Part shown: piece after piece, positions 59,658-64,000 of the stretch | How the letters are laid out: each line of letters starts with the position of its first letter | Numbering within the stretch: position 1 is the first letter of the stretch | Translations under genes and position numbers: made by a program | From: Spirochaetia bacterium | Lineage (GTDB): Bacteria; Spirochaetota; Spirochaetia; SZUA-6; Bin103 | NCBI GenBank assembly: GCA_965203905.1 | Contig: CBDBDQ010000005.1 | Span: 4,608,001-4,672,000 of the forward strand | Direction: 5' to 3' | Length of the DNA: 64,000 bases | Notes under the pieces: model-generated | The model's input: only the letters and a program-made list of their open reading frames with translations | What the model was told of the DNA's origin: nothing | Databases searched by the model: none

Positions 59658-59875
59658 CGCGCTACTCCGCGCAGCGCGCTGCCTGCGTGCCGCGTAGCGC
59701 GACAGCTCCAGGTCTCCGCCTTCCAATCCATCACGTCGCGCATACTACTCTGCACCGGTCGCCGACGTCCTCACCGTTTGGCCCTGGGGCAAGGACGACA
59801 TGACCTGCTGTCGTGCTCGCTGACACACCGGCTGGTCGCCGAACGCGCGCCCGCGGCGTCCGTAAGCGCCCGTCA

Positions 59876-60269
59876 GGGCCATCCCATGCTGAACGATGTC
59901 TGCATCCCGTGGTGTGGGCGAGCTGCGGTGATGCCCCGGCGCGGCGCCTGCCAGATCGCCGCCTTCTGGGTGTGTGGTTCGTTCGCTGTACGACGTGTCC
60001 AGAAAAGAGGGGGTAGCCGCCACCAGCAACGCGCCGGTCTCCGCCGCTGCCTTGCTGGGCTTGTCGGCGCCGCGGTGCAGGATTCTGCAGAAAAGGTGCA
60101 AAAAAGTGCGCTGAGTACTTGACGGGTTTGGCGCTGCTCGTGACGGCCTCCTGCCGCACGTGCCGGCCCCTCCGACCCTTCGAACATCCCCCCGCGCCCT
60201 CCCAGGCCATCAGCACCCCGCCAGCGCCGGCCTGAGCCCTTCCCGATGCCGGTCCGGGACTCTCCGAGA
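59876..60269 (+). ncRNA. Conserved non-coding leader of repeat element copy 2 (candidate structured RNA; continues at 62869-62902 beyond the IS)
   Basis: Colinear homology to the reverse complement of 19570-20009, no ORF conserved between the copies, several stems kept through G-C/G-U exchange. The repeat itself is certain; the RNA interpretation is inference. Confidence 0.45.
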
Positions 60270-60282
60270 GTAAGTATTCGGT

Positions 60283-61179
60283 CTACAGGTTGGGGGGCGG
60301 ATCAAGAGGAGCGCACAGTCGACGGCGGAAGTCGCGCCTGAGCGGGTAGAGCCAGATGTCTTTGGTGGGCAGCGTGTGCATTCGACGTACGTCGAGTTTG
60401 CCGCGTCCTTGGGTTTGTCCGACGTGGGTCCAGTTGGCGGCGCGGTAGCTGGTACCGGCGAAGCGGTCGGACTGCACGAAGGTCTCCAGCAGCAGCGGTC
60501 GGTACCCATAACGCGCCTGCCAGTCGGCGGGCAGCCGGCGGCTGATGCGCGCCAGCACGGTGGAAGCGAGATTGCACACCTGCACCCAAGGCAGGATCAA
60601 GAAGCGGGCGTTGTTCACCACCAGGTGCAGCCGCGCTTCGCGCTGGGCAACGCTCCAGCCGATGAAGCGGTCGCGAGGAGCCGCCTTCCAGGCGCTGGCG
60701 CCAAAGCCGACCACCGCCAGCACCTGCCGCTGGCAGGTGACCAAGTAGCGCTGCTGCGCACCCGGTAGCGGCGTATAGCCAAGGTAGTGGTAGCGGTCCA
60801 CGTACTCGCGCCATAGGAGCGCTTCGCGCTGATCGGCCAGCGGTCGTACCTGCAGCGCGGGCAGCTCATCGACGCGGGCGCTGATCGGCAGCTCCGGTTC
60901 CGCCTGCGCGGTACGACGGCGGCGCAGCGTGCCGTTGTAGTGACGCCGCCGCGGCGCCGGCAGCCGGATGAGCCCGTCGCGGTGCATGCGCAGCATCGCG
61001 ACGCGACAGCTCATGTCCTTCAGTTGTCCGTTGGCACGCCGCCAGTGCAGCCGTTCGCACACCACCTTCGAGAGGGCGAACCGATGGCGGGTAGGGTCCT
61101 CAGCGATGAGCGCGCGGATCAACTGCAGCTCCTGCTCGCTGAAGGGCCGGCCGCAGTAGCGCACCGCCTCAGGCGGCAC
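60283..61179 (-). CDS. DUF4338 / DruA-family protein (N-terminal HTH-like plus GNAT/Mom-like domain); start GTG 61179 or 61164
   Basis: RYHYLG…RYLV, GFGASAW…RDRFIGW, VVNNARFLILPW…NLAS, DWQARYG…LLETFV, GTSYRAANW…GQTQGRG. Stop codon lies inside the IR. Confidence 0.88.
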   Translation of the reverse strand: MPPEAVRYCGRPFSEQELQLIRALIAEDPTRHRFALSKVVCERLHWRRANGQLKDMSCRVAMLRMHRDGLIRLPAPRRRHYNGTLRRRRTAQAEPELPISARVDELPALQVRPLADQREALLWREYVDRYHYLGYTPLPGAQQRYLVTCQRQVLAVVGFGASAWKAAPRDRFIGWSVAQREARLHLVVNNARFLILPWVQVCNLASTVLARISRRLPADWQARYGYRPLLLETFVQSDRFAGTSYRAANWTHVGQTQGRGKLDVRRMHTLPTKDIWLYPLRRDFRRRLCAPLDPPPNL

Positions 61180-62794
61180 GGTCGTCGACCAGCTTGGCGG
61201 GTGAGCCGCGGGGCAGCAAGCGCGCCTCGGGACGGTGCCAGGGCAGGAACCGCTCGTAGTCTTCAGGCACGCGAGCGCCGGCGACCGCACAGGCGCTCAG
61301 GTACTCGGTCAGCCAAGTACGCGGGTTGATCTGCCATCGTTCGAGGGTGTGGAACAGGCTGAACAGCGCCGCGCTCAACTCACCGCTCCACTGCGCCCCC
61401 GAGCCGTAGTAGTTCTTGCGCCCCACCACCGGGCCGCGCAGCGCACGCTCGGCTTGATTATTGTCCAGCGGCAAGTCGGGATCCTCGACGAACCGCGTCA
61501 GCCCCTGCCAGTGGTTGCGCATGCTGCGCAGCACCTTCGCACACGCTGCCGCCAGCTTCGGCTGCTGCGCCAGTTCGCGCTCTCGTCGCTCTTCCATCGC
61601 CTGCACCACCGCCCGCAACGCCGCATCGGCCGCCGCGTACTGCGCGGGCTCACCACGCACCTCAAGACGCTCGTCGTTCAGGCGATACAGCGTAGCGATG
61701 TCAGCCAGCCACTGCTCGGCCCACTCCTGCTGATCGTCCCGCTCATGGGCTACCGTGATGAAGTCGCGGCGCATGTGCACCCAGCAGAACGACAACTCCA
61801 GCTCGGTATCCTTGGCCAGCCGCTTGTACGAGGAGAAGCGGTCGACGCTCACCACGCCCCCCGTCACGGTCGCAAAATGCTGCTTCGGCACCCGCGCCGA
61901 ACGGGTTGGATCGAGCGTGAATACCACCACCTCGGCACTCCAGAACAGCCACAGACACCAGCGCTGGCAGGTGTCCTCGCTGGCCGCCTCGAACACCTGC
62001 CAGCTGGTCTCGTCAGCATGCCAGTGCTCGCTCGTGCGGCTGCGTTCGATCAGCGCCTCGCGCAGTGGCGCGAACAACGGCGCCAGACGCCGCAGACCGT
62101 CGGTGACGGTGCCTTGGGCAAGATCCAGCCCATGCGTGCGTAGATCCGCGAGCAACCGATGCGTGGGCCGGTACAGCAGATACTTGTCGAGCAGCACCGT
62201 CACCCAGATCGAGATCCCCAGGATGCCGTTCGGGATCAGCCGTGGCGGCGCTGGCGCCGTGAGCACCGCCGCGGCCGCCGTGCACTGGCAGCTGCGGCGG
62301 TAGCGCCGCCGCTTGATCACCCGCCGGTAGGCGCGCACCTCGACTTCCAACTGCTCGGAATCCTCGCTGCCGTGCGAATGATACTCAGCGCCGCAGGCCG
62401 CGCAGCGGCGCCGGTCCGGGGCAACGTCGTGTGCTTCAACCTGTACCGGCAGGTGTGCGTGCCGGCGCCGACCATGGCTTGGCGCCCCGGGTTGCTGACC
62501 GCGGCGCCGCGGTGGCGCGGCGGTTGCCTCAGGAGCGCCGCCACTCCTGGTTCGCTTCTCGCTGCCGCGGCGCCGTGCCCAGCGTTCCCGCAGGCGCTGG
62601 CGCAGTTCCTTGAGCTTGGCCCGTGCCGCTTGCAGTTTCTGTTTCAGCCGTTGCTCGCGCGCTACCGCCTTGCCGTGCATCCTGCGGTAATAGCGCGCCT
62701 GTCGTCGCAGCTCTACTACCTCGCACCGCAACTCGTCCATCTGGCTCTGGCACGCCGCCGTGCAGCCACTCGTTTTCCGCCAGAACCCTCCCAC
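61169..62794 (-). CDS. tnpC: IS66 family DDE transposase
   Basis: Leucine-zipper-like N-terminus, RRRGQQPGAPSHGR, CAACG zinc finger, HADET, VDRFSSY, CWVHMRR, DNNQAERALR…GRKN. True start may be ATG 62740. Confidence 0.93.
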   Translation of the reverse strand: MGGFWRKTSGCTAACQSQMDELRCEVVELRRQARYYRRMHGKAVAREQRLKQKLQAARAKLKELRQRLRERWARRRGSEKRTRSGGAPEATAAPPRRRGQQPGAPSHGRRRHAHLPVQVEAHDVAPDRRRCAACGAEYHSHGSEDSEQLEVEVRAYRRVIKRRRYRRSCQCTAAAAVLTAPAPPRLIPNGILGISIWVTVLLDKYLLYRPTHRLLADLRTHGLDLAQGTVTDGLRRLAPLFAPLREALIERSRTSEHWHADETSWQVFEAASEDTCQRWCLWLFWSAEVVVFTLDPTRSARVPKQHFATVTGGVVSVDRFSSYKRLAKDTELELSFCWVHMRRDFITVAHERDDQQEWAEQWLADIATLYRLNDERLEVRGEPAQYAAADAALRAVVQAMEERRERELAQQPKLAAACAKVLRSMRNHWQGLTRFVEDPDLPLDNNQAERALRGPVVGRKNYYGSGAQWSGELSAALFSLFHTLERWQINPRTWLTEYLSACAVAGARVPEDYERFLPWHRPEARLLPRGSPAKLVDDRAA

Positions 62795-62890
62795 ACCTCA
62801 TTCGTAGCACACCGGTCCGGATGTGTCCAGCGGTCCCACACCGGTAGACCGAATGTTTACCTCCGAGATCTGTCATTTCTCAGCCATGCT

Positions 62891-62896
62891 TATATT
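62891..62896 (+). promoter_or_regulatory. -10 box for a probably leaderless DUF222/HNH-type transcript
   Basis: CCATGCT-TATATT-TACGCC-ATG is identical in both element copies, with no Shine-Dalgarno. Confidence 0.6.
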
Positions 62897-62902
62897 TACG
62901 CC

Positions 62903-64000
62903 ATGGCTACCGCGACCGCTCCCGGCTTCTCCTCCTCGCTCTCCGGGCTCCCCGACCAGGTGCTGCTGGCGCATACCAGGTCGCTCGTCCTGCACGAGCA
63001 GGCACTGCAGCTCGCCGTCCTCGACCACTTGCGCGAGATCCACGCCCGCCACCTCCACCTGCGCCTCGGGTTCTCCAGCCTGTTCGACTACGCCGTGCGC
63101 GAGCTGGGCTATAGCGAGGGTGCCGCCTGGCGCCGTATCAAAGCCATGCGCCTGTGCTCCGATACCGCCGGGACCCGCGAGCGGCTGCAGGACGGCTCGC
63201 TCTCCCTGAGCGCCGCGGCGCAGTTGCAGAACACCTTCGATCTCCTGCAGCGCACGGCGACCACCGCCGCGGACCCCGGCTCGCCACCCGCGGCACCGGA
63301 GCTGCTGCCGCTCGGCACGGGTCCGGCGCCGGAGGCGGGGGCTTCCGGGACCGGGGCAGCGGCGGCAGCGCGACCGCTGCCGGCGCTGGACGCGGCGCAG
63401 CGGCAGGAGCTGGTGGCGCAGGCGAGCGGCAAGAGCACCCGCGAGGTGAAGCAGTTGTTGGCCGGGGTGGCTCCCGAGCTGGCGCGGCCGGCCGATCGCA
63501 TGCGGGCGCTGGGCGAGGGCCGCTGGGAGCTGAAGGTGGTGATCGACTCTGCCTGTCAGTGCGGGATCGAGCAGCTACGAGCACTGCTGTCGCACGTGGA
63601 CCCGCACCTGACGCTGGGACAGCTGGTGGAGCGGCTGGTGCAGGACGGCCCGCAGCGCTACGACCCCGGGCGACCGCCGCGCGGGCGCAGAGGTGGGCAC
63701 CGAGAGGCAAGCGCGGGCCAAGCGCAGGAGCCGACGGCGCAGCAAGGGCCGGCAGGCGGGGCAACTTCGCCGGCGAAGTGGGGCGCGCAAGAGCAACCCG
63801 GAGTGCCACCGACGCCGGAGGGCACGAGCGCCGGTGGCAGGACCCCGGCGCCGGCAGCGCTGTCCGTAGAGGAACCCGCGTGCGGGATTGGCCGTGCCGA
63901 CACCTCGGCGGTGGCAGCGCTGTCCGCGCCGCCGTCGGGGCGCGAGACTTGCGGCGGCAGCACGCCGGTGAGTGCCAAGCCAGCGGCGGCAGCGCCCGGC
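62903..64000 (+). CDS. DUF222-like/HNH endonuclease-family protein, N-terminal 366 codons (runs off the right edge; HNH domain not visible)
   Basis: Open from ATG 62903 to the window end: MATATAPGFSSSLSGLPDQVLL…GFSSLFDYAVRELGYSEGAAWRRIKAMRL…GKSTREVKQLLA…IEQLRALLSH, then a low-complexity linker. This N-terminus is typical of multicopy proteins that end in an HNH domain. Confidence 0.75.
   Translation, partial: MATATAPGFSSSLSGLPDQVLLAHTRSLVLHEQALQLAVLDHLREIHARHLHLRLGFSSLFDYAVRELGYSEGAAWRRIKAMRLCSDTAGTRERLQDGSLSLSAAAQLQNTFDLLQRTATTAADPGSPPAAPELLPLGTGPAPEAGASGTGAAAAARPLPALDAAQRQELVAQASGKSTREVKQLLAGVAPELARPADRMRALGEGRWELKVVIDSACQCGIEQLRALLSHVDPHLTLGQLVERLVQDGPQRYDPGRPPRGRRGGHREASAGQAQEPTAQQGPAGGATSPAKWGAQEQPGVPPTPEGTSAGGRTPAPAALSVEEPACGIGRADTSAVAALSAPPSGRETCGGSTPVSAKPAAAAPG

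Larger units (their letters stand above)
60270..62860 (-). mobile_element. IS66-family insertion sequence, 2,591 bp (tnpC plus DUF4338; no tnpA/tnpB)
   Basis: Terminal IRs GTAAGTATTCGGTCTAC (60270-86) and GTAAACATTCGGTCTAC (reverse complement of 62844-60), 15/17 match. 8-bp TSD CTCCGAGA at 60262-69 and 62861-68. It interrupts a sequence that is contiguous in copy 1. Confidence 0.95.

Noticed and set aside
60283-61179. Druantia anti-phage system
   Set aside because: Only the DUF4338 gene is present, inside IS ends; no DruE helicase or other dru genes.
1-64000. CRISPR array, tRNA or rRNA genes, integron attC array
   Set aside because: No regularly spaced short repeats, cloverleaf or rRNA-like tracts found by eye. 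A tRNAscan/cmscan run would be needed to exclude small RNAs fully.

Overview
High-GC bacterial chromosomal segment (roughly 68-70% GC by eye). The solute-binding-protein N-termini (…AYAGGTGE…, …LFATATQES…) and the PhyH/amidohydrolase paralogues suggest a Spirochaetia-type heterotroph, possibly host-associated (inference only). Most of the window encodes ABC transporters and catabolic enzymes. It also holds an AT-richer nucleoside-hydrolase/sugar-ABC island (~9.15-13.6 kb) and five broken genes. No rRNA, tRNA or CRISPR array was seen. Main points: (1) Two inverted copies, ~40 kb apart, of a unit made of a ~400-440-nt conserved non-coding leader with G-U-compatible stems plus a DUF222-like/HNH-type gene; this is a candidate ncRNA-nuclease selfish element. 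(2) A complete 2,591-bp IS66-family element (17-bp IRs, 8-bp TSD) that lacks tnpA/tnpB, carries a DUF4338/DruA (Mom/GNAT-like) gene and sits inside that leader. (3) A selenoprotein split by the ORF track: in-frame TGA in a UxxC motif with a SECIS-like hairpin, divergent from a VKOR-DsbA fusion. (4) A 46-bp direct repeat of an oppC 3' end plus promoter that brackets the island. (5) A solitary SLATT-like membrane protein coupled to a Pro-rich micro-ORF.
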